Shown here: one piece after another, positions 1 through 9,975 of the stretch
Layout of the letters: each line of letters opens with the position of its first letter
Position numbering within the stretch: position 1 is the stretch's first letter
From: Candidatus Saccharimonadota bacterium
Lineage (GTDB): Bacteria > Patescibacteriota > Gracilibacteria > Absconditabacterales > Absconditicoccaceae
Assembly: GCA_000503875.1 (NCBI GenBank)
Contig: CP006913.1
Location: forward strand, 1,140,001-1,172,000
DNA length: 32,000 nucleotides
Reading direction: 5' to 3'
Made by a program: the position numbers and the translations under genes
Notes under the pieces: generated by a model
The model's database searches: none
Told to the model about the DNA's origin: nothing
Seen by the model: only the letters and a program-made list of their open reading frames with translations

Positions 1-275
1 CATATAAAGCAGCGGATCAAGCTAAATTTGCTACTTCATATACTGAACTAGAAAGAAAAATATCTACAATAGCAAAGACATTCCAATATCAATATACCAT
101 AGCAAAATGAACAGAACAAGAAAAAATATCAACAATTATTTCTACAATACAAGATTTGTCTGATTATATTGCTAAAAAATATTTGATTCCACCGAAATAT
201 ATTGATAGTTTAAAAGCTATCATTCCAATACTTTCTCCACTTAAGTCAGTTTCTTTTGAAACAGCAACAGAATAA
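1..275 (+). CDS. 3' end of a hypothetical protein (5' end lies outside the window)
   Basis: The frame is open from the window edge to TAA at 273-275 when TGA at 108-110 is read as Gly. A hairpin plus T-run follows. Confidence 0.5.
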
Positions 276-299
276 TAAATCATAAAATTTTATATAAAG

Positions 300-322
300 C
301 TGATGGAAACATCAGTTTTTTT
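300..322 (+). terminator. Rho-independent terminator
   Basis: Stem CTGATG (300-305) pairs with CATCAG (310-315) around a GAAA loop, followed by T7. Confidence 0.6.
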
Positions 323-323
323 C

Positions 324-351
324 TTGCATAACAAACGTTTTTCGATACATT
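324..351 (+). promoter_or_regulatory. Candidate sigma70-type promoter for cutA
   Basis: TTGCAT (324-329), N16, TACATT (346-351), 27 nt upstream of the ATG at 378. Confidence 0.35.
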
Positions 352-377
352 GGTAGCAATGTTTTATTACCTTTTTC

Positions 378-710
378 ATGACAATGCTTATAGCACTAAC
401 CACGTTTCCCAATGATGGGAGAAAGCTCAAACAGTTAATTCAATGACTCATTAAATCAGGAATAGCTGCCTGTATCCAAAGAATAAACTACGTAAAATCC
501 TATTATATGCGAGAAGGAAAACTCAAAACAGAAGAAGAGAAAATAGTTCTCATCAAATTTCCCAAAGAAAACAAAGACCAACTTACAGCTTTTCTAAAAA
601 AGAATCATCCTTACCAGATACCAGAGCTGGTTTTTTTGGCACCAGAGGATGTAGACAAAGTCTACCTGGAACGAGTACAATCCCAGGCAAAAAAACCAGC
701 AAAGAAATAG
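378..710 (+). CDS. cutA: Divalent-cation tolerance protein CutA
   Basis: Reading TGA 444-446 as Gly gives 110 aa: MTMLIALTTFPNDGRKLKQLIQGLIKSGIAACIQRINYVKSYYMREGKL...HPYQIPELVFL. The TT.P / AAC / HPY..PE pattern is typical of CutA1. In the track only the C-terminal 67 aa appear (507..710). Confidence 0.8.
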
Positions 711-794
711 AATATTTCTCAATCACTTATTTGGTTTCAAGAAAGATAATCAAACCATCAGATTTCAATTAATTTAACAATATAAAAAGCTTAT

Positions 795-2528
795 ATGAAA
801 GAAGCTCTCTCAAATATTAAAAAATTTCTAAGCCCTATTTGATATACAAAAGGGCGATGGCGATGATTTCTAACAGCAGAAATGTATGATGCATTTCAAA
901 GCGTTTTTACTGTACAAGTTTGAGTTTTTATTATAGCAGCAATAGAAACAAAAAATATTGAAAATATAAAGTTTTGGGCAATAATTCTTGTTGTAGTAAA
1001 TATTTTTTCTTATTTTTTTGGATGGGTAGCAGAGATGTGTCGGGAGTCAGCAAATGGTAAGGTAGATATGTGATTAAGAAGAAAATATTTTGAAAAATAC
1101 ATTCATCTAGACAATACAAAAGTTGAAACTATATGAACATGAAAAATGCAGAATATTATTTTTGATGGAATTTCAAATCGAGTATGATTGGTAAATGATC
1201 TTTTTGTAGCTATTCTAGTAGAAATATTAGCCATTATTTATGCGTTTACATTGATAGCAACAAAAAGTCCAAATCGAACATATTTTTTGTGATTTACATT
1301 ATTGTTTATTGTGGCAACATTTTTAATTCGAGTTTGACTATGAATATTACAAAAAACAAGAAAACAAGCAAAAGAAATAAATATGGATCTTGCTCGTAGA
1401 GATATTAAAATTCTTATGTCCAAGTTTGAAATATTACAAAACAATAAACTATCCATAGAGATGGATAAACAAGAAGATCTTATCAACAAAAAAGTAAAAT
1501 TACGACAAAGATGAAATACAAAAAAAATCTTTTGGCAAACACCTGCAAGCGGTATTATGGATGCTATGAAAATTGGAATATATGTTTTTGTTGGTATAGG
1601 AATAGTTACTGGTAATTATACTTTTGCTTATATAATGTTACTTCTTCAACTATTAAATATTGTAAGTAGATATGTCTGGAATATTAGAAAATATCTTAAG
1701 GAATGGTATAAAAGTATTGTTCATATAGACAAATTGTGGGAAACATTTGATTCGATTTCTTCTATGAAAAATACGAAGGATATCAAAAAATTTAGTCCAA
1801 AACATTGAGACATTTTTCTTAAAAATATCAGTTTTTCCTATGAAAAAAATAAAGTCTTCGAAAACTTTAATCTCGAAATTCAAGGCTGAACCAAGACTGC
1901 TTTTGTCTGAGAATCATGATGATGAAAAACAACTTTGATCAAACTATTGGCTGGATATATCAGGCCAGATAAATGAGAAGTGATTGTAGATTGACAAAAA
2001 TTATCAAAAATAAAGCTAACTGATTACTATCGTCATATTGGTTACCTTACCCAAGATCCATCTGTATTTGACGGTACGATCCACGAAAACCTCATCTACG
2101 CACTAGACAAAGAGCCAGATACTAAACACTTGGAAAAAACAATAAAAGATGCCAAATGTGAGTTTATCCGAGAGTTTGATAATTGACTAGAAACCGAGAT
2201 TGGCGAAAGATGAGTCAGATTAAGTTGATGACAAAAGCAAAGACTCGCCATCGCCAAAATCATGCTCAAAAATCCAAACATAATTTTATTGGATGAACCA
2301 ACTTCTGCACTAGATAGCTTCAATGAAGAGCAAATCAATATAGCTCTACACAATCTTTTCAAATGAAAAACAGTTGTTGTGGTGGCACATAGATTGCAGA
2401 CAGTTAAACAAGCAGATAGAATAATATTCCTTGAGCAATGAAAAATCATAGAAGAATGAACACATAACGAGCTTGTTAAGTTATGATGAAAGTATAAGAG
2501 AATGTTAGATTTACAGAGTGGGTTTTAA
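795..2528 (+). CDS. ABC transporter, fused permease/ATP-binding protein (MsbA/exporter type)
   Basis: 577 codons with about 28 Gly-TGAs. The N-terminal half is a hydrophobic TMD. Walker A is GESGGGKTT (1908-1934), the signature is LSGGQKQR (2220-), Walker B is [11 protein letters not shown], and the H-loop is VVVAHRL. Stop is TAA 2526-2528. Confidence 0.9.
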
Positions 2529-2551
2529 GGTGTTTTATATAAAACTTTTTT

Positions 2552-4156
2552 ATGGAAAACATTGCTCTCAACAACATCCCCCAAGAGCCATGAGTGTACT
2601 TTTTCAAAGATAAGAAGGACATCGTTTTGTATATTGGAAAAGCAAAAAATCTCCAAAAAAGAGTGGCGCAATATTTTGCGGCGGGATCGGTTTGGAAACA
2701 AGATATGATGCAAAAAGCAGAGAAGGTTGATTTTATTGTTGTCCAAAATGAATCGGAAGCATTGTATCTCGAAGACAATCTTATCAAACAACATCTCCCT
2801 GAATATAACAATCTTCTCAAGGCCGACAACAGCTACACCTACCTCAAAATCACTAAACACGAATATCCAGAAATCTATCTTACAAGGAAAAAAATTCCCG
2901 ATGGATCGACCTATATTTGACCAAAACATAACACCCAGGAACTCAAAAAATTATTACAATATCTCAGACAAATCCTGCAACGAAGAGGATGTAAAAATAT
3001 CCAATTTAAACAAAAGAAATTATGTTCAGATTATTATTTTGGTTTGTGTAAAGGACGATGTGCCCTAGCAGATCTCGGCTCTTATCAACCAATTACTGCA
3101 GCGATTGCCTCATTTTTCAAAGGAAATACTAAGCCGATAGAACAGGAAATTAGACAGAAAATGAAAAATGCTATCGATCAACAACACTTCGAGCGAGCAG
3201 GGAAGCTCAGGGATATTTTGCTGTCATTGCAAGCATTTACTGAGCAACAAACTGCTGTTATTGCATCGCCAATTACGGGACATATTCTAGAAATCAGAGA
3301 GATTTGAGAGCGACGAGTATATGTTGTTCTCTATCTCTACCAGGGAAAAGTTATCGATGTTATTCGTCAGAAAATCAACAAATCTGATTATGATAAGGAA
3401 TCACTTTTGGCCAATCTCAGCGCAACCTATAATTCATTTACGCCACTAGACGATCATTATGTCGCGTTAACCAAGAAGCTTAAAAAGGCTGAAGCAGAGG
3501 AAATTAACAAATTTCTCCAGCGCTGCTTCGAATCTTTTGTCGTGTCGACCTCCTTCGAAAAAGAAAATCTATTAAATGATTTACTCTCGACACTTCAAAC
3601 CAGATACCAATTCGAAAATTTTCCTTACCGTATGGAACTGCTCGATATCTCGCACTTATCGGGCTGACGAGCAAGTGGAGGAATCTCTTGTTTGCTCTGA
3701 GGAATCCCATATTTCAAGGGATATCGCAGATATAAAATCAGCTCCAAAGTCAAACAACAAGATGACTACGCAGCCCTCAAAGAAGTCTTGATTCGTAGAT
3801 TTCTTAGCGACAAAGAAGCAACCTTACCAGATATTTTTATCCTTGATGGAGGAAAGGGGCAGCTACATGTTATTAAAGAATTACTAGAGGAAGAGCCAGC
3901 TTTTCAAGAGATTTTCGACAAAGTAGTTTTTGTTTGATTGGGAAAATGAGCCGCTAGAAAAACAACGAATATCGGGAAACAGAAATTTTGAGAAGATATT
4001 ACTGAGAAAATATATAGCTTTGATGCTTCCTTAAAAATCAAGGAAATTAAAATTATTTATGATGATGCCGATAAGCTTCTCATCAAACTTCGTAATGAAG
4101 CGCATAGATTTGCCAATGCCTACAGACAAAAACAAATGAGTAAGGAATGGAAATAA
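2552..4156 (+). CDS. uvrC: Excinuclease ABC subunit C (short form, no C-terminal HhH domain)
   Basis: Track fragments 2594.., 3044.. and 3407.. are in one frame and are joined by Gly-TGAs. Domains seen are GIY-YIG ([30 protein letters not shown]), YIGP with TGA at 2918, a UVR motif (QQHFERAGKLRD) and the endonuclease domain (ILDGGKGQL...EAHRFANAYRQK). Stop is TAA 4154-4156. Confidence 0.9.
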
Positions 4157-4366
4157 CTATTTTTTCTTAAATATAACGGTTATTAGATAGCTAGCACAAA
4201 CAATAACGATAATTATATAAATCCACCATTGTACTTCTGTTAATGCTGGAATAACTGTTGCCAAAAAAATTCAAAAAACAACCAAATAAAGTTTTAAAAT
4301 AGCCCAGTCCCAAAATCATAGATTTTTAACACCTTCCATCATTTTTTTGTAAAATTTGATCATCAT
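4157..4366 (-). CDS. Small hypothetical membrane protein (69 aa)
   Basis: The minus-strand frame reads MMIKFYKKMMEGVKNLGFWDWAILKLYLVVFGIFLATVIPALTEVQWWIYIIIVIVCASYLITVIFKKK with two Gly-TGAs and two hydrophobic helices. No homology was recognised. Confidence 0.45.
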
Positions 4367-4433
4367 ATATTTTGTAAGAAAATAAAGAACGACCTTAATT
4401 ATTGCCCCTTAGTATCGCAAGGTTCCTAACGAC

Positions 4434-4892
4434 TTATTTTCTCTTATACATCACAAAATCTAATTCTTCTCAAACCTCTCTAGAAACTTCTACAAATTTA
4501 TCTTCAAATGCAGGGAAAAATGTATCTCCGTCATATTCTTTTTTAATCTCAGTAAGATAGAGTATATCTGCTATATCTATAAATTGTTGATAAACAAAGG
4601 CTCATCATATTACAAAAAATTCTGAAACATCTTCTTTTTTCATTTGTTCCATCAATGCAGGGATACTGGTGTAGTATTCTACTCCTTCCATGGGTTCTTT
4701 GCTTAAAACAACATTCCTTCTATTGGGAAGCGGTCTTCCGAGGGATAAATAGGTGTTATATCCCATGACAATGATATGTCCTGTAGTAGTTTTTTTGAAA
4801 TGTTGGAGATCTTCTGAATAATGTCGTGGCAAAGTATTGTTTTTACCAATAACACGGTTTTGTGCCATTCCAGCGATAATATTGATTTTCAT
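4434..4892 (-). CDS. folA: Dihydrofolate reductase
   Basis: MKINIIAGMAQNRVIGKNNTLPRHYSEDLQHFKKTTTGHIIVMGYNTYLSLGRPLPNRRNVVLS...FVIGGAFVYQQF. The GG of VIGG is encoded TGA TGA just below 4605. Stop is TAA (complement of 4434-4436). Confidence 0.9.
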
Positions 4893-5065
4893 ATATATAA
4901 ATCAGAATATAAATTAGGTTAAACTTATAGTTTTTTATTTGGATGTAAAGACAAACTTTTTTGCTTCCTGTTGATTCGCTTCACAGAAAATATATATCTT
5001 TGTCGTAACTTTTTTGGGAAATATACGTATCACATAATGAATTTTTATCTTTTTATTATTGTTTC

Positions 5066-6193
5066 ATGAAAACAAAATTACTCGTGGCGATCTTGGGATT
5101 GTCCGTATTAAGCTTTTGAGGAGCTTCATTTGCAAGTGAATCTTGCACAACCTATTATGATGGATGTAATACTTGTACGGTTGCTAATTGAAAAGTAGCT
5201 TGTACAAAAATGGCATGTAAAGCAACACAAAAACCACAATGTGCTGATGGTATAGAAATTGATGTTCTGCCAATAGAACCAACGACGTCTTCTTCAGAAA
5301 AAGTAGATCGAGTACCTCCTTATCAAGGAAATAAAACGTACAAATTTGACGAAAAGGCAGTAAATGCATTAAATCTTAAAGACAGTTCTTTGTTGAAACT
5401 CAATTGTGATAGTACAACTGTTCTCAAATCTCTTGGATTTGCAGGAAATACAAAAATGTTTTCTGTAGGATTGGAAGAAGATACTTTCGATTATACGTTT
5501 GATATGAGAAATTGTAGTATGCGAGGAACCAAAAGAAATTATACATGGACAAATAATGCTGTTACCGAAAAAACTGCTTTAGCAAAAGCAAAAGAATTTA
5601 TGAAAAGTTCATTCTTTAAAGGAAAAATATTTGATAAATATGGAGAACCTATCGTGATGTATAGAAATACAAATGGTGGTGTAATGCCGTACAGAATAGA
5701 AAAAGCAGATTCTAAAATGATGTCTGATATAGAAATTGATCCAAATGATACAGGAATTTTGGAACCAGAATTTGTTTCTTTTAGCATTTTGTTTCCTTAC
5801 ACAATCAATAACAAACCAGTCTATAATGCATATGGAAATAAAGCTGGAATTACTCTCGAAGTAACTGCCGAGTGAGTAACTAGTGTAAATGCTCAATTGC
5901 TTCCATTCAAAGGAGCTGTGAGATCTTCAGAAAAACTAAGCAATGATGATATGGTTTCTTTTGTGAAGAGAGGTGGAAATAATCCTTTCCGAGGAAATCA
6001 AGCAGAAATTGAACTTCAAAGCCCAGAAAGAGTTAATGTGTTGTTCAACGTTTGGAGAAACAATACAAACGAAGTTTATCTTTCTTCTGGAATTAGATTT
6101 GGAAGCAAGGTTAAATTAGATCAATTTAATCCACAAAACTATGAAATGATAATTTCTGATTACAAAATTTGAAATGGTAGTTATGGGTACTAA
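5066..6193 (+). CDS. Secreted hypothetical protein with a Cys-rich N-terminal module
   Basis: Signal peptide MKTKLLVAILGLSVLSFGGASFA, then SESCTTYYDGCNTCTVANGKVACTKMACKATQKPQC. Track ORFs 5210.. and 5897.. share one frame and are joined by Gly-TGA. The protein ends ...DYKIGNGSYGY with TAA 6191-6193. Confidence 0.75.
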
Positions 6194-6219
6194 TATCAAT
6201 CACCCCATAAAATAAGAAG

Positions 6220-6246
6220 AATCTCGCAGAAATGCGGGATTTTTTT
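6220..6246 (+). terminator. Rho-independent terminator (copy 1 of a repeated terminator motif)
   Basis: AATCTCGCA, GAAA loop, TGCGGGATT, then T-run. The stem is 9 bp with one G-U pair. Confidence 0.7.
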
Positions 6247-6340
6247 GTCATAAAAAAACTATCTAAAAATTTGCCAAAAAATCAATTCTGGATACAATTA
6301 TACTGGAAATAATTCTGTATTTTATGTTGTTATATTTCTC

Positions 6341-7084
6341 ATGGAAACAAATCTTCTTATAACACTCCAAAACTACGGTTTTTCTGAAAAAGAAGCCAAG
6401 GTATATCTTACTGTTCTCGAACTGGGGACAAGTATCGCTAGTACTATTGCGAGACGTAGTGAAATTAAGAGAGTAACAGTTTATACTATTCTCGATGATC
6501 TCAAGAGAAAGTGAATAGCCAATGAAACCACCAAGGATGATGTAAAATTTTACAGTGTAATCAGTCCAGATATTTTATTGAAACAACTTGAACAAAAATT
6601 TGAATCGTTCAAAGAAAAGGTGCCAGAATTATTGGCTTTGGCTGAGAAGTTTGGAAACAAAACAAGAATTCAATTTTTTGAAGGATTAGAGGGTATGAAA
6701 AAAGTTTATGCAGAATTACTTACTTCTAAAGATCATAGTATTCGTTCATTTTTATGAAGTCATGAAGCTCATCCAGTTTTAAGAGATTATCTGAATGAAC
6801 ATTTTGTTCCTCAAAGAGTTAAATATAAAATAAAAGCTAAAGTAATTTGTTGTGAATCAGAAGATAATAAATCATATCATAAAGTTAACAAAAAAAACCT
6901 TATTGAAGTAAAATTTATCAAGGATGATATTTTTAAATTATCTTGTGGTATAGATATTTATGCAGGAAATAAGGTATCTATTGTATTGTTTAGTAAAGAA
7001 GAAATGTCAGGCTTAATAGTAACTAGCAAAAGATTTCATGATACATTAGCTAGTATTTTTGATTTTATTTGGGTGAAAAAATAA
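6341..7084 (+). CDS. TrmB-family (winged-HTH) transcriptional regulator
   Basis: METNLLITLQNYGFSEKEAKVYLTVLELGTSIASTIARRSEIKRVTVYTILDDLKRKGIA... has the TrmB-type N-terminal wHTH. There are two Gly-TGAs. Stop is TAA 7082-7084. The gene is entirely absent from the standard-code track. Confidence 0.7.
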
Positions 7085-7107
7085 TTTATTTTATATGTGT
7101 CTAAACT

Positions 7108-8601
7108 ATGCACAGCAAAGAAGAATCAGAAAAACATTTTAAAAAAATCAATTTTCTTAAATCAAAAATTGCCTCCAAAAAGGGTAAAATATGATGAGTT
7201 ACAAAAAACACAGAGAGCGATTTATATAATCTTTTCAATGAATATTCGAGCGCAATACAGGAAAAGAAAAAAGAAATTTTATGATGATTTGCAACATATC
7301 TAGAAAATAATGAATTACCCTCAGATATTTTATTCCACGCTTTATGACCAAAAAAATACTCAAATATTACACACAACAAAACATCGCCCTATAGTAAGAT
7401 GTATTATGGAGAAATTCAAATGTTATTAGATTTGGTTGATAATAAGTCAAAATATATAAATAAAAATATTATAGATATAGGTTGTGGTGATGGTATTAAA
7501 TTATATGCTATGCTTCAAGAAGCAATAAAAAACAAAAAAATAGAATGAACAGTAGACTATCTTGGTTTGGATGATAGTATTGATATGTTAAATTTTGCTA
7601 AAGATAATTTTTATAATATGTTTTACTCAAAAACAAAAAACAAAAAATGATTCCGTTATATTCAATCAGATGATATAGATCCAATAAATAAAAAAATTCG
7701 TCCCTGGTTTCAGAAATCCAGATTTCAAAATATCAATTGATTAGATAAAAAGACACCTAAAACCATGTTTTTTTTAGGGGGAACATTTTGAAATCTTGGA
7801 AATTTTCAAGAAGAGTTTCTGAAAGATATTAATAAAATGCTCCAAAAAGACGACACTTTTGTTTTGAGTTACTTTCGCGTTTTGGATAGATCTAAATTTG
7901 GTAATTTAGCAGGAGATGAATTAATAAAAAATTTTTTTGAAAGAGAAAAAAAACGCTATGAAGATCATAATGTGGTTTACCACGAAAAAGAAATAGATAT
8001 AAGATATTTTAAAAATATATTACCATGAATAGATATAAAGCAAGAAGATTTTGATATTAATATGGAACTTGATTCTGAAAATAAAATATTATATGATGTT
8101 AGAATATCCAATAGAGATATTATTTATAATGGTGAAATTGTAATGCAAAAATGAGTTCCATACAGAAGTGAATGAACAAAAATAGATGAACAAACACTGA
8201 GAGAAAATCTAAAGAAAGAAAATTTTACTAAAAATTTTGTAGAATCTTTGTATAGAACTAAAGAAACGCATGATTTTATAAATGAGTTTCTTGTTTTTAG
8301 ATGAGTAGACCCTAAAGATTGTAGCATACATATAGAATATGAAGATAAAGACAATACTTTGTATATATCACTTGAACCACTAAAACCAATCACTTTTTTT
8401 TGGGAAGAAGATGGTATAAAAAAGACAGTTACTAAAAAACCATGAGATGTAATAGTTCTCCACAAATCTAAAAGATTTAGTGATTCTGAAATGAAGGATA
8501 TAATTAAAAAAGCATGATTAACTATTGTTGATGAATTATGATGTAAAGGGGATATAGCAAATCAAGACATAATGAAGCTCCTCGTAATCAAAAAACAATA
8601 A
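7108..8601 (+). CDS. SAM-dependent methyltransferase, EgtD-like (histidine-specific methyltransferase family), with an N-terminal extension
   Basis: 497 aa when about 20 TGAs are read as Gly. SAM motif I is IIDIGCGDGIKLYAML. FFLGGTFGNLGNF resembles the EgtD LGSTIGNF motif. The C-terminal HKSKRFSDSEMKDIIKKAGL resembles the EgtD S.KF....AGF motif. Stop is TAA 8599-8601. Confidence 0.7.
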
Positions 8602-8644
8602 AAATTTAATGTTTGGAACTATCAATATAATCAATTAATATAGT

Positions 8645-8693
8645 CTGTTGCTATTTTCTGACAACACGTTTTACTAGGTAAGCATTGTATTTA
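8645..8693 (+). promoter_or_regulatory. Conserved intergenic leader element, copy A (putative promoter/operator)
   Basis: The 26-nt core TCTGACAACACGTTTTACTAGGTAAG (8657-8682) is identical to 9882-9907. It contains the inverted repeat TGTTG-N11-CAACA and lies 69 nt upstream of the ATG at 8762. Confidence 0.55.
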
Positions 8694-8761
8694 CTGTGTT
8701 TTTTGTTATATTTGGAAATGTCAAGAGGTCATTAACAATAATAACTTTAAAATACAATCAA

Positions 8762-8971
8762 ATGAAAAATCTAAATGAGAAACTAGAGCTTCTTCATCTT
8801 TGTTTGATAAAAGAAGGTGTTCCTATGGAACTTCCAAAAGTGCTTGAGCAATATCAATATGACTTTGTTAAGTTCAAAGAAATTGCTCAAAACTGTGAAT
8901 CATCAAATGACGATGTGTATATAAATGCTCTTAGAGCATTTAGAGATGCTTTGTTACAAGAAGAAAATTAA
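8762..8971 (+). CDS. Small hypothetical protein (69 aa)
   Basis: ATG-initiated MKNLNEKLELLHLCLIKEGVPMELPKVLEQYQYDFVKFKEIAQNCESSNDDVYINALRAFRDALLQEEN. The GVG-extended start at 8696 in the track would overlap the conserved leader. Confidence 0.5.
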   Translation: MKNLNEKLELLHLCLIKEGVPMELPKVLEQYQYDFVKFKEIAQNCESSNDDVYINALRAFRDALLQEEN

Positions 8972-9030
8972 AACAAAAATAAATAAACCTAAAACCGGGA
9001 ACAGGGGGTTAATACTGAACACAATGTATC

Positions 9031-9414
9031 ATGAAAAACAAACTTTTTGTTATCGAATCGGGAATAATTTTAGGGCTAACAATTATTTACCTATTGTTTC
9101 CACAAAAAAATGTTCATATGTTTTTTATAGTTCCATTCCTGCTTTTTGGTTATGTATTTGGACAATCTTTGAGTCAGGAATATTATAATCCTATAGGAAA
9201 TAAAATAACAAGTATCTTGATTATTTTTGGGTCAAGCGTACTCCTATCTGGGGTTGCTTATCTTCTTCAACGAGCAATGTTTGTAAAAAGCCTTTTTTCA
9301 GGGTATTTACTTTTCCTAGCCTCTGTTGTATGTTTAATTATTGTGATAATGTTTCTCCTTGGCAAAAACATATCACTATTAAACCAAAGAATCTATCATA
9401 ATGAATCACTATAA
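9031..9414 (+). CDS. Hypothetical integral membrane protein (127 aa, about 4 TM helices)
   Basis: Intact ORF whose length is made of strongly hydrophobic segments. Confidence 0.6.
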   Translation: MKNKLFVIESGIILGLTIIYLLFPQKNVHMFFIVPFLLFGYVFGQSLSQEYYNPIGNKITSILIIFGSSVLLSGVAYLLQRAMFVKSLFSGYLLFLASVVCLIIVIMFLLGKNISLLNQRIYHNESL

Positions 9415-9426
9415 ATACATAAAAAA

Positions 9427-9765
9427 ATGAAAAATCTATTTTTTGCTGCAAGTATTCTAGTAGTACTGGCCTCTTGCAATCCAAAAGAAAAACGTGCTTT
9501 TATCCTTGGACAGGAGAGAGGAAATGATACAACAATCATTGCGTTGAAATTTAATATGCCGAATGCATTTATTGTTTCTGTATTCACAGAATCAAGATTG
9601 TCTCCTAGCATAGAAAAATTTCCAACAAATTCTACTTACCTTCCACCAGATAAAAAGGGATTAACAGTTTATATTCCAACCACCAAAAGTGGAACAAGAT
9701 TCTTGGTTATGGTTACTGATGTAAAAAATCAGAAAACAATAATGATAGAATCAAAAACAGAGTAA
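9427..9765 (+). CDS. Hypothetical lipoprotein (112 aa)
   Basis: Signal peptide with lipobox MKNLFFAASILVVLASC (Cys17). The gene starts 13 nt after the preceding gene. Confidence 0.6.
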   Translation: MKNLFFAASILVVLASCNPKEKRAFILGQERGNDTTIIALKFNMPNAFIVSVFTESRLSPSIEKFPTNSTYLPPDKKGLTVYIPTTKSGTRFLVMVTDVKNQKTIMIESKTE

Positions 9766-9828
9766 GATCTCCGCTTAAAAGAGAGATTCCAGGGAGTTGT
9801 GGACTGGTAGTAAATTCACAACACATAG

Positions 9829-9857
9829 CTGACAAGGTTTTCTTTGTCAGTTTTTTT
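9829..9857 (+). terminator. Rho-independent terminator
   Basis: CTGACAA (9829-9835), 8-nt loop (GGTTTTCT), TTGTCAG (9844-9850), then T7. Confidence 0.7.
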
Positions 9858-9869
9858 ATATTCAAAAGC

Positions 9870-9919
9870 CTGTTGTAATTATCTGACAACACGTTTTACT
9901 AGGTAAGTATTGATATTTA
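9870..9919 (+). promoter_or_regulatory. Conserved intergenic leader element, copy B
   Basis: The same element as 8645-8693, with the identical 26-nt core at 9882-9907 and TGTTG-N11-CAACA conserved. It lies 57 nt upstream of the ATG at 9976. Confidence 0.55.
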
Positions 9920-9975
9920 GAAGGAATTATATAATAATAAGAATGTCAATATTTATATTCTACTCTTATTTAAAA

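Noticed and set aside
931-2929. Minus-strand track ORFs (931..1119, 1238..1489, 1653..1883, 2096..2449, 2476..2829, 2525..2929) and the plus-strand alternate-frame ORF 2727..3068.
   Set aside because: They lie antisense to, or out of frame with, the ABC transporter and uvrC. Those two genes have strong motif support once TGA is read as Gly. The rejected ORFs have low-complexity, Cys/Phe/Ile-rich shadow-ORF composition.
3504-3791. Track ORFs 3504..3710 (-) and 3576..3791 (+) inside uvrC.
   Set aside because: The uvrC frame continues through TGA 3665-3667 (ISHLSGGRASGG...) with conserved endonuclease-domain sequence. These ORFs are alternate-frame artefacts.
8696-8761. The GTG start at 8696 for the 69-aa protein; likewise the TTG starts at 25407 and 31476.
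   Set aside because: The extensions would run through the conserved leader element or through -35 boxes. ATG starts at 8762, 25470 and 31419 sit at sensible distances downstream of the promoters.
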